Positions 11,437 to 22,385 of a stretch of 64,000 nt of DNA are shown piece after piece. This DNA is from Podarcis erhardii. Taxonomy: Eukaryota. Each line of letters begins with the position of its first letter. The stretch's first letter is position 1. A program made the translations under genes and the position numbers. Below the pieces are notes generated by a model. The model did no database searches. It was not told the DNA's origin and saw only the letters and a list, made by a program, of their open reading frames with translations. The stretch is from NCBI GenBank assembly GCA_964252035.1, contig OZ176205.1, one strand, 5' to 3'.

Positions 11437-12302
11437 ATGTGATGTTCTTGTCCTATGGTTGTATCTGCAAAAATTCCAATTCTATTCTAGGCTGTGCTGT
11501 ACCCAGAGAAGTATAGTTGGACACAGGGGAAGTAATAGTACTGCTCAATTTTGCCTTGGTCCACTGGCAGAGGAGTGGGGGTGCGGAGGGAGCAGACTGC
11601 CCCCGGCACCACCATTCCGGTAGGGTGCCATCGTGGCAGCTCCCCCAGACACACGTCACTCCCCTGTGCGCTGGGTGCCATGCCCCCAGAACATGTGTCA
11701 TGCCCTGGCGGGCAGCGTGCCACGCCCCTGGGATTTGCGCCACACCCCCACCTGCTCTCTGCCCACGGTAGTGGAGCATGCAGCTTCGCCACTGCCTTGG
11801 TCAGACCACATCTGGAGTACCGCACCCAGTTCTGGGTGACACAGTTTAAGAAGGATATTGACAAGCTGGAACGTGTGCAGAGGACCGCAACCAAGATGAT
11901 CAAGGGTCTGGAAACCAAGCCTTATGAAGAACGGTTGAGGGAATTGGGTATGCTTACCCTGGAAAAGAGGAGACTGAGAGGAGATATGATAGTCATCTTC
12001 TAATATCTTAAGAGCTGTCACATAGAAGATGGAGCAAGCTTGTTTTCTCCTGCTCCAGAGGCTATGACCTATGCCAATGGATTACAAGAAAGGAGATTCC
12101 AACTAAACACCCGGAAGAACTTTTTAAGGATAAGAGCTGTTCAGAAGTGGAAAGCACACCCTCAGAAGGTGGTGGACTCTCCTTCATGGGTGCTTTTTCA
12201 GCAGAGGTTGCATGTCCATATGTTATAGATACTTTAGTTGAGATTCCTGCATTGCAGGGGTTGGACCAGATGACCCTTGGTCCCTTCCAACTCTATGATT
12301 CT
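11437..12302 (+). mobile_element. CR1 LINE 3' portion (end of ORF2 plus 3' UTR), interrupted by a hAT MITE
   Basis: [66 protein letters not shown] is the CR1 ORF2 C-terminus; ends CCCTTCCAACTCTATGATTCT. Confidence 0.92.
11562..11794. mobile_element. Non-autonomous hAT element (233 bp) nested in CR1
   Basis: 8-bp target-site duplication CCTTGGTC (11554-61 and 11795-802); termini CACTGGCAG / TTCGCCACTG. Confidence 0.88.
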
Positions 12303-12507
12303 CTAATGCTTTATGGCTACCTGTAACCTGCTTCCTCATCCACACCTGTAGTCATCCAGTATCGGCTCATGGGTCATTGCAACACAATTGGTTAATACAC
12401 TTGGGCTAACTTCTGGTGGTGAAACATTATGCAAACGTGATTCATTAATTTTATTTACCTATGATATGTTTTTGTACCCTGCTCTTCCTCTGATCCAGAG
12501 TACACTG

Positions 12508-13167
12508 TGTCATGCACGGCTCATGCTGGAGGAAGTACTCAGACTCAGATTTTGTTTTTTGCTAAAAATGTTAATGTCCAAATCAGTACGGTACATGGGA
12601 CACATGAGCAGCAGGTGCATGGCATGACCAAGCAAGCGAAGACATTGGTCCATCAGCTAACATAACATAAGGAAGTGGTGCAGGCACAGTTTCAGTGCAG
12701 CAAGCAAGATGCGTCTTGGGATTGGCCAAGGAAGCAGGAATTCCTCCTACTGAGCTGGACACGAGCTGTCTGTTTGTACTTGTCTGTGTCCTAGGCGACA
12801 CAGAAGGTGGCAACAGCAGCTCGGAGCCAGACTGGGTGCCTCCTGGGTAGGCAGATGTTCATCACTGGGGTTGCTGAAGGTGGTGGTGCCAAGCTCAGAG
12901 GTAGAGTGGGTGGTATTGGGACTGCGACTGAGGCTGGCAGGGGGTGGCTTGGCAAGGGGTGACAACCTCCCTGGGATCAGAATCCTCACCTACAGTGTCT
13001 TCCTCCAGCAGCTCTGATGTTTTTGGGGCACAGACACAGCTAGCTCCAACCTGATGAGTCCCCTCCCTTAGGTCATCAGCTGGCAACTTTTCAAGATCCT
13101 CCCATCCCTTCTTCTGATCTGACCAGCCCCTTTCAGGACATCTCCTCGGGGCTTCTGACGTAGGACA
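12508..13167 (-). mobile_element. Candidate solo LTR or LTR-like element
   Basis: TGT...ACA termini (TGTCATG at 12508, AGGACA ending 13167); GC-richer than flanks; U5-like GAGTCTGAGTACT on minus strand; no TSD found. Confidence 0.4.
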
Positions 13168-13222
13168 GCTTCACTTAGTGAACAACTAGAACAACCATCT
13201 AAAATAAAGCAATAAAAGCAAA

Positions 13223-13355
13223 CTCTCCAAGTGTCCCTATTTTCTAGGGACTTCCCTTATTTAAAGAAGCCATCCCGGTTTCTGATTTGATCTCGGAATG
13301 TCCCGCTTTTCCTTAGGACGTCCCTATTTTCATTGTAGAAATGTTGGAGGGTATG
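13223..13355 (-). mobile_element. Short non-autonomous DNA element (CATACCCTCCAACATT family), copy 1
   Basis: Reverse complement of 13845-13978, with a 43-bp identical core. Confidence 0.8.
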
Positions 13356-13399
13356 GAGTTAGCCAACCCCCAAGCCGTCTGGACGCAATCCTGTATAGG

Positions 13400-13516
13400 A
13401 AAGTTTTTTAATTTTTAATGCTTTATTATGTTTGTATATATGTTGGAAGCTGTCCCCAGAGTGGCTGGGGCAACCCAGTAAGATGTGTGGTGTATAAATA
13501 GTAAAATTATCATTAT
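13400..13516 (+). mobile_element. L2-type 3' tail fragment
   Basis: GCTGTCCCCAGAGTGGCTGGGGCAACCCAGTAAGATGTGTGGTGTATAAATAGTAAAATTAT tail. Confidence 0.55.
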
Positions 13517-13844
13517 GGATTGGGATGTTCATATTTTCATTGGAGAAATGTTCAAGGGTATGTAAAACCATTGCATTAGCAGGGCCAAATTCTACATTAG
13601 GAGAATCAGATATGATACATGGCATCTACGTGACTTTTTCCATTTGATGGGCTGCCCAAGATACCTCAAGATGCTGCAAAGCAGCACCCTTACTTGGGAT
13701 TTCTTGCTGCTTGTGTTAAAGCTGATTCCCTACAGAAACTAACAATATGGGCCCAAATTCTCTCTGTGTTATTTCAATTCAACTGGACTCTGGTTGTGCT
13801 TCCATCCCAGGGACAATACAATATAAACCCCTTGCTATGGGTAG

Positions 13845-13978
13845 AATATCCTCCAACATCTGATGAAAATAGGGATGTCCTAAGGAAAAGCGGGACATTC
13901 CGAGATCAAATCAGAAACCAGGGCAGCTTCTGTAAATCTGGGACTGTCCCTGGAAAATAGAGGAACTTGGAGAGTCTG
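13845..13978 (+). mobile_element. Short non-autonomous DNA element (same family), copy 2, inverted relative to copy 1
   Basis: GTCCTAAGGAAAAGCGGGACATTCCGAGATCAAATCAGAAACC shared exactly; a head-only third copy lies at 45372-45411. Confidence 0.8.
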
Positions 13979-16824
13979 GCAGCTGTTCCATTCAGAGGCA
14001 GCTCAAAATCTGCTGCCGCCTGAGGCAGAACATCCAAACGGTGTTCCCCACAGTGGTAAAATGACTGAATTAACAGGGAATGTGCTGTCTTGAATGGTAT
14101 ACCTCATCTGAGTCACTGTGCCTTAACGTTTAGGGCCCGCCTTGGTTCCGATGGCAGCAAAGTTCAGGTGCTAGGCATAGTTTGCAACCCTGCAAAACAA
14201 CAACAGCAGGGAGAAGTCTTCCCAATGGGAACAAGAGTTAAAATCCCCCCTGCAGGGAGCATGAGGAAGAAGGGCCATCCATGCAGTCTGGCGCCGCAGA
14301 GCAGTAAAACCGCCTTTGGGGAGGCAGCTTGCAAGGTGAGCCAGAGTAAACAGTACATCGTGCCTTAATCTTGAGCTGCCATCAAGATAAGGCAGCAGAG
14401 TAACCGCCGCTTGCCTCGCCCAGTTGTGTGGGCTTTTTTCGTCAACCCACACCTTGGCACCAAGGTGTGTGACTGGCTCCTTTTGAATCATCACAACATC
14501 CGTTAAAAAGAAGGAGACACAAACAAACAAGTGATTTTTAAAAAATATGTGGGTGGCAGCAAACGTTCTTGCTGCTGCCACCTCCCTCCCTGACTTCCTT
14601 GTCCTGCTCTGCTGCTGGTGCCATCTGAGGCCTGCTGCTTGCCGGTTTGTTTACTAACACTGATGTGCTGTCCTTGTACAGCACAGGTGGCTGCTAGCGC
14701 TCGCTAAAGCTCTCTTGTCTATTTCTGGCACCGGCCACTTCGCTTGGCCTCTTTCTCTCTTTCATGTTGCTTCTGGTAATGATAATCGGGCAAGGAATGT
14801 CATTCCAGGTTGGGAGCTGAGGGTGGCCTCCCCCCCTTTCTTGGCACATCTGACCATGAGGTTTTGTTTAAAGGGGCAGTGCCCCAAGGATATCAGAAGG
14901 GCCACTAATTAAAGCTGATGATTACTGTTATTACTCAGTCTTGCACTGTCTGGCAATCTTCAAAGCAGGTTTGGAAATAACTGCAACATGGCTGTAGAAA
15001 TGCCTGCTTGGTTGAGATGCAAATAGATGTCTCGTGCCACACGTTTCCTCTTGTTTATCACAGCGACATTTTGAAACACAGTTGGTCAAGAGTGGAAGAG
15101 CCAGATGATCCATGAAAGCTACCTGCTGATCACATTTCCTGCTCTTAGGCTTGCTTGTTACTCCTTCCAGTGTTAAAATAAGGAAAATGCACCCATAGTA
15201 AGGGATTACTGTATCACTGAGCAAGTGGTACCGATTTAGGAGTTCATTGCATTGTCCTTTATCCTGATGAAATTGTGGACTCTGTGAGGATCGCATTACC
15301 ATTTCCTCAGGTAAACTCTTAATGGCCTCAGTTCTCCTTCAATCCCAAAGAATATCTAGGTGGTGAAAGCAGTAAAACTGAGCTTGGCAAACAGTTCTTG
15401 TAATCTTGGGCTGACTTCTCCTGGCCAAGGTGTGGACAAAATTGCTGAGTTGCATCTTAATGACAGGCTTCAGCCCCAGAACTTCAAAAGCCCTTGGGGG
15501 CATAAAAGGGTGTTTAATGACCAGTTGGAAGTGCGCGTGTCTCATTATCTCAAGATCATTTCAGGCTTGCGAAATGATGATGATGCTTCTTAACACGGTT
15601 ACTGCACCTGTTTTTCTGCTGCTTGCAGAAATTAAAGGGAACTGGTTCAATTAAGCCACAATCTGGGATGGAGACATTCTGGCTGCAGCCTGTCAGGGGG
15701 TTCCATCCTCATCTTTGCTGCAGATGTCAGCATCTCCAGTGTCGCTGCAGAGATGTAGCTCTGTTTATTCAAAGTACAGGCCTAGATAAATATAGTTAGC
15801 TCTGTGTTTGGTTTCTAAGGGGTATTTGTATGCTCATTAATGTTAATGCGCACATTTGCAACTAGATCTGAAGTTGCAGCTATGTAAACGCTGGACTCGG
15901 TAAGATAATGCACATTTATTCCCATTCATTTTTTTACATTAATGATTCAGACCACCTTGGTGCTAACCAAAATGAGCAATGCAGCTTCTTAAATGTCTGT
16001 TGTTGGAAAATTAGAGATTAAATGTGTTTGTAATTTTTGTTCTGTTTTTAAAATCCTGGTTTGTGAACATGGTGTATGTTTCTGGCATGGTGGGTGCATG
16101 ATTTAGTTTAAGGATGCTTAGGATAACATTTGAGTGAGATGGACTGTCGATAGCACTATTGAAGAGGGAAGTGAGTGGAAGGGAAGGCCAAGGAAATGAC
16201 AGGGAACCTGACAGTGGAAATATATTTTTCTGATTACATACCTTGCAAGTGTCCTAGAAAAAAACAGGACATCCCGTTTTCCCCTCATGAGAGCATGACG
16301 GCGGATTTGGTTGTGAAATCATGTGAGATCTCGCATTCCTGTTTTGGGACACAACATGTTGGAGGATATGCTGTTATTGCTTCTTAGGAGCAGAATCTGT
16401 TTACTCAGTGGTGGTCTTCCTCACCTCCTGTGCAATCTTTGCAAAAAGAGCCACTTCTGTTTTCATGGAAACACTGGGTATAAAGTAGGAGTGGGCTGTA
16501 CTTGTTTTTTGTTTTTTTAAACTAAGTAAGCACCCAACTGGTTTCATGAACCAGGGTTGTATCCAGCCTTCTTTGTTGGGCGGCTTCTTCTTCTTTTTTA
16601 AAAATAGAATAATGAGAAATTCCCTCATAATTGACATGAATAACTTTTTGTCAGTTAGAAAAGTCAAAGAGAGGGCCTGTGTATATTTTACTCTCAGTGC
16701 ACTCACTGACTATGGCAGTCTGGTGCACCCAAATGAATTTTAGAGTTGCCCTCCTTGAACAGCAGTTCCCAGGCTACATAACAAAATGCTTTCTGAAAAT
16801 GAAGGGGATTGCATCTTCTATAGG

Positions 16825-17135
16825 GCAAGGGTGGGGCACATATTTTTCAGGCCAAAGAGATAAATAGTTTTGAGTATAGTATAGTATAGTATAGTATAGT
16901 ATAGTATAGTATAGTATAGTATAGTATAGTATAGAAAATATACACACTCACAGACCCCTCTCTATGCCCCATCCAGGCAAACAAGAGGCATGATCAGAAT
17001 TCAATGGCACAGTCCAGCTTGTGCTCCAGGAGGTCACGGTGGAGGGCCAGGGAAGGAGGATGTTTGGGGAAGAGTCCTAAGGGTCAGAAAGAGATGCCTG
17101 CAGGGCCATGTTTGGTTCCCCCAAGCCCAGGTTTC
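16825..17135. mobile_element. hAT-like MITE carrying an internal (TATAG)12 microsatellite
   Basis: Starts CAAGGGTGGGGCACA; right part resembles 37860-38070; (TATAG)12 at 16875-16934. Confidence 0.55.
16875..16934. repeat. (TATAG)12 pentanucleotide microsatellite
   Basis: Direct read. Confidence 0.98.
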
Positions 17136-18325
17136 CTTTCCCTTGCTGTAAGGATCTACTATTCAAGAGGGCAAAATAAAAAAAACCACACCATGCACTC
17201 CCAAGACCTTGGGCACACTGGCCAAAGGCAGCATTGCTAATCTGGTCATTTCTCTTATAAGTGAAGGACTATATGACCAAAACCATGTTGGGATCTTGAA
17301 AGTTTTTGAGGAATGTGTTTTTTCCTTAAACCATTTAGACAGCAGAAATCTGTTTCAGAACTTTTTACATCAGATCGTAGGGTTTGGGTGTGATGTCCTT
17401 GCCTTTTTACAAATGCCCCATCTAGGGGCAGTAAAATTCCCACTTTGATAAAGGAGATGCTTGAACATTATTGCACTGAAGTTTATGGAACATCTGGGAT
17501 ATGCTGAGCATATATGTTGGGTATTAGCCTAAAACCGCTTTCGAGCAGGATTATAGTCAATGGGAGCATTTGAGACTTAGTTATAAATATAGCCAGGTTT
17601 TGAGTCATGCGACTTTTATGTCTTTATAAGTGAAAGGAACTCCTGGAATTCAGCTTTCTCAAATCAACAGTAAAAGTGTACTCTGAATGTTGAGTTGGGG
17701 GTCTTCTGCTTCCACAGCAAAGGGGTAAGGGGCAGAGCCAGACCCTGCAGCATTCAAGAACAGTACTTCATCAGCCATTGTGAACCAAGTTTAGCTAAGT
17801 TATGCTATTAACTAAGACCGGATATATAAAAGGGATCCTTTGTGCATATCCGCGTATGACTGCTACAAAGCATCCATAAGTTGAACCAGGAAAGCTTTTG
17901 AATGTGCTTGTTCATGTGGTTTTCAGATGGCAGCAGGAAGGAGAGAGTGCCAATTTTCTCACTTGCATTTGCCAATTTAAAGACTGATTCATATGGCTGT
18001 TTTTTTTAACCTGCCAGCAATGGGATTGCCCTATTGGCAATGAAACTCATCCATGTTGCCATACTATAAACACCTGTCAGTGCCCTCACAGGATTAACTG
18101 GCCCAACAAACTAGTTAAAATTAATAGTCCGCTCAAGCTGGCTTCATTCATGGCATCAACCTATGAAGTTGTCATATGATTCAGCCTTAAACTCATAGGA
18201 GATGCTAGGATTGCAGTGTCGAGGATACATACCACCCAGAGGATACAGCCACCCAGAGTGGCTGGGGCAACCTAGTCAGATGGGCAGGGGACTACTGCTA
18301 ATACATGTCTTTGAGACTTTACACC

Positions 18326-18459
18326 AGCCTTCCCCAATCTGGTGCTTTCCAGATGTTTTGGATTTCAGCTCCCATCTGCCCCAGCCAGGCTGGCCAGTGG
18401 TCAGAGATGATCAGAGTTATAGTCAAAAACATCTGGAGGGCACTAGATTGGGAAAGGCT
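18326..18459. mobile_element. Palindromic MITE (hAT-like)
   Basis: TIRs AGCCTTCCCCAATCTGGTGC / GCACTAGATTGGGAAAGGCT (18/20 complementary). Confidence 0.8.
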
Positions 18460-20355
18460 TCTCTACCAAGCTGAAGGCAAAAGTACACTGGGGTTTATAC
18501 AAGTAGCATATGCCATTTGTTTACTCCTGCCTGATACTGTTGTTGACAGGTAGAAAGCTCTGTGCAACGGCATGATTGATGAGTTCAGTATGCATGGAAT
18601 CTGCAAGCATGTTGTTGCCTGCGTTGGGTAGTAAAACAGCTGACAAGCAGAGTAATCTGGGATGCTTTTCTAGAGATTATCTAAGCATTAGAAAAATACA
18701 GCTACAACTGGCCATAATCTAAAACCTGCTGGAAGAAGTGGAAGAATCCTTTGGCACAAAGCAATTGGATAATTTGTGAATATGTTTGCGTTTGGGTTTG
18801 GGTTCATCCAGAGAGTCTTATGCATCACTAAGGAAGATGACATGTGAAAAGAGGATACAGATGTGCACCTGCAAATTTAGAAATAAATGACTGCAATGTA
18901 GCTAAAAAGCATAATACACCTCACCCTAGTGGGGAAGATTGTGCCCAAGTGATGTGTGTGCTTGCCTAGTCTTCTCTCCAGCTGCTAACTGTGGATGGGC
19001 AGCTCTCCCTTCCTACAGTTCCTTATCTTTAAACTGGACTGGGACTGGACAAATGCTCAGAACTCCTATCCCAGGCCTCTAGCTAGCTTCCAAACCCAAC
19101 TCTCATCCTTTCTCCTTCTGAGCATAGAAAGCTGTGTGGAGAGATGAGATTCAATACTTGGCATAAAATGGCTTCTAGACTTTTTGCTCCTCCACAGCTG
19201 CACTGCAACAAACGATGCTACAGTTTGGCGCTTCCGGCCCTGGTTTTCAGAGGAACCCCTTTATCTCCCTTCTTGGAATTTGCATAGGATTTAGCTTTGC
19301 CAAGGACAAAATGAAGTAAAAGCAAGGGTAGTGAAATGTCCAGCAGCTGGTTGAAGTGTGAATGTGCTACAAAAGGCCAAGATCAGCAGCTTAGCTGCAA
19401 ATATTGCAAAACTTCCTTCTCTCCTCCCTTTATTGAGGATGTCCCCATCTTTTCAGGAAAAGGTGGAATCACCTATGCAGGGTATTTAGTCAGAGTGCTA
19501 GCAGGATGCTAATAAAAGAGCTGACAAAGAGCAGTAAAATCCTGCTAGTTGCTATAAGAAACAGCTCTCCTGGGAAATTTAAAATCTGCTGTATTAACTT
19601 TGCCTAAATCTCCAGGGTTGACACTTCCCATTCTCTCTGAGAAGGGAAGTAGAGGAAGGAAAGCCTTAGTTCTAGTTACCTCTGGTGCTTTAATATGGAA
19701 TCTGTTCCAGTAATCTGTTTATGTCTTAAATTCTGCAATGTCCCTGTCCTTATCATGCTCCTATGGCACTGGGATGAAACTCTTGCCCTTGCTCTACAGA
19801 TGCTGGTGCATCAATACTTGTGGCACCTTTGCAGTGCAAATGCCTTGTTTTGACAGTTTCTCTGCCTTTTGAACTTACCCCAGCTTTCAAAGCAAGCCAT
19901 CGCAAGGATATTCTGATGCTAATGTTTTCAGTGAAAAAGCTGGTGTAGCACAAATGCTAGCAAACACTCAGGTGCTCCTGTCCTGCTTGTGGCTGGTGGG
20001 ATATCAGAGGTGATGTTTGGTAGATGGTTTGGCTTTCAAAATTTCGCTCTCTCATTGTGCCTTTCAAACAACTACAGTCTGCTTTATTGTTTATCGACCA
20101 GCTTCTTCATAGTATTAGCTTGGCTTTTAATGATTGGCCGCCTGGCACTACCTTTCCCAGAAGAGCCACTACATCTAAACATCCCTGCCTCAACCCCCCC
20201 CCCCAGTTGATTCTGCTTTGTGAAAATGGGTAGTTTTTTGTGACTTTCATTCAAAGAAAATTATTGCCCTTTTCCTCTCTCTTTATATTTTTTAAATTGC
20301 ATTTTTGTTTATTCCAGGTTTGGTTGATTTGCACACCCACCTTTGGTTGCTCAAT

Positions 20356-20358
<3 letters not shown>

Positions 20359-20402
<44 letters not shown>
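20359..20402. repeat. (AT)22 microsatellite
   Basis: Direct read. Confidence 0.98.
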
Positions 20403-20405
<3 letters not shown>

Positions 20406-21103
20406 GATTTACTACACTCAGTAAACAATATACATGTTCTAAAGGTGTTGAAAACATCAATATTTAAAGTTGTTGTTTGAAGATTTTATATAAGCAAACT
20501 ATTTTGCTATTATGAAGCTGGAATAAATATTATAAATGGGTAAAATATATATTTATATTTTTATAGGACCTTATTTTAACTAGCTTTTCACTATGGAGTG
20601 TGTTGACTGGAGAGCAGAGCCTCAGGCTGGGCTGCAAACTGAGCATCCTGCCAAGGACTGTTACACCCTGAGCCACACTTGCTTGGGGATCACAGCTCTT
20701 TGGATTGGGAGGCAAGGTGCCAAGGATCTGGCTAAGGTTTAAATTGCACATTGTGAGCCCAGGTTTCCCCAAACTCAGAAGATGGGAGAGATTTCCTGCT
20801 TAATAAGGTGCATAGCATGTTTAACACTGTCCATGAAAGGGTGGCAGACAGACTTTACCTTTCAGCTGGCAAATATACAGGAGATGATGAAATAAGCAAG
20901 GAATGTTCCTGGGAGGCAAGCAGGCTGAAGGTCAGTTGCCTTAGGAACAGGAAGCACTTAACTGGAGCCAAAGAAAGGTAGCCTGAAACAGTGTCACTAA
21001 AGTGCAAAACCTTGTTTAAAGGAAAGTACCTAGTGCAAGATGGAACTGAATTTTCCAGCAGGGTGAAATTGGGTAGCAAACAGATTTAGCCATCATTCAG
21101 ATT

Positions 21104-21747
21104 TGTTGTTCTTGTTGTTGGCATTCATCTGTCTCAGGAGACAACGGAGTGTGCCCCTGTGGATGAAATCAAAGCACTGCATTAGCAGCACTGAAGTGAC
21201 CTTCCTGGGGTGCAAGTCTGGGCAGTGTGTATGGACGTCCTTGGCTGCCCAGACAACAATATCCTCCTCTCAGGCTCACTGATGTGGTCCACAGGAAAGC
21301 AGATAATATGTTGGCCACCAGTTTGGCTGCAGGAGTTGCCGGAAAAGGGCGTACAAGGCTTCATCCAACCATCTTAGGAACTCCACTTCCTTATTTGTGT
21401 AGAGTTTACTCCTTAGCTTTTTCTTTTCTCAAAGATATCCCACAAGCCAGCAGAGGTCTAGAACCAGAGACGGGCCACCAATCCAGGTCCCCTCACTTTC
21501 CTCTACCACACAGGCAGAAACCGCCTTATTGACTGTTGGGCCCCACTATTGCTCTCACCCGCTCAATCTGTCAGAGCCTGTCTTTGCATACAGAAGTCCC
21601 TAACTCACCGAGGGTTTGAGAGCCACCTGTTACCTTCACCTGGCTTAGCCAGCCAGTCAAAGCCATTCCTGGGGTGTGGCTGCTGTCACATCCTGACAGC
21701 TTCTAAGAGTCACAGGTGACAGCTGAGTGCAGGGTGGGGACCAAAGG
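21104..21747 (-). mobile_element. Non-autonomous RTE-derived element (5' UTR-like body joined to RTE 3' terminus, CAA tail)
   Basis: Minus-strand end CTCCGTTGTCTCCTGAGACAGATGAATG(CAA)n is 26/28 identical to the RTE LINE end at 2585-2612; no ORF2 sequence recognised in the body. Confidence 0.7.
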
Positions 21748-21753
21748 ATTGCT

Positions 21754-21777
21754 GTTGTTGTTGTTGTTGTTGTTGTT
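21754..21777. repeat. (GTT)8 microsatellite
   Basis: Direct read. Confidence 0.95.
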
Positions 21778-22047
21778 TTATTGTTCTATTTAGTGTCCAT
21801 TTTTAAACACACCTGAATAGCTTCAAAGCGGAAGATACATCTTATTCTTGCCATTTTAATGGGCAAAGCACTGTATAATTCCCTTGCACTTCAACAGCCT
21901 CCAGCAATTGATTGTAACAGAATCCATTAAAATGTCAGCCAAGCTATTTAGCGATGAGCAGATGGGGCAGTACATACAATCTCAAAAGCAGGCCTCCTGA
22001 ATAAGTGACCCTGCGCCTTTTAGTTCTAGGGCATGTGTGTCAGGTAA

Positions 22048-22385
22048 TTTAACCACAGAGCCTAGGACTTGCCAGTCAGAAGGTTGGTGGTTCAAATCCC
22101 CATGACGGGGTGAGCTCCCATTGTTTGGTCCCTGCTCCTGCCAACCTAGCAATTTGAAAGCACGTCAAAGTGCAAGTAGATAAATAGGTATTGCTCTGGC
22201 GGGAAGGTAAACGGCGTTTCCGTGCACTGCTCTGGTTCGCCAGAAGCGGCTTAGTTATGCTGGCCACATGAACTGGAAGCTGTACACCGGCTCCCTCGGC
22301 CAGTAAAGCAAGATGAGCGCTGCGACCCCAGAGTCGGCCACGACTGGACCTAATGGTCAGGGTTCCCTTTACCTTTACCTTTACC
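22048..22385 (+). mobile_element. Sauria SINE (Squam1/POM-like), slightly 5' truncated
   Basis: AACCACAGAGCCTAGG..GGTTCAAATCCC..GCAAGTAGATAAATAGG..GACTGGACCTAATGGTCAGGG with (ACCTTT)n tail. Confidence 0.92.

Noticed and set aside
11551-12003. 150-aa ORF as a host gene
   Set aside because: Chimera of a hAT MITE and the CR1 ORF2 tail.
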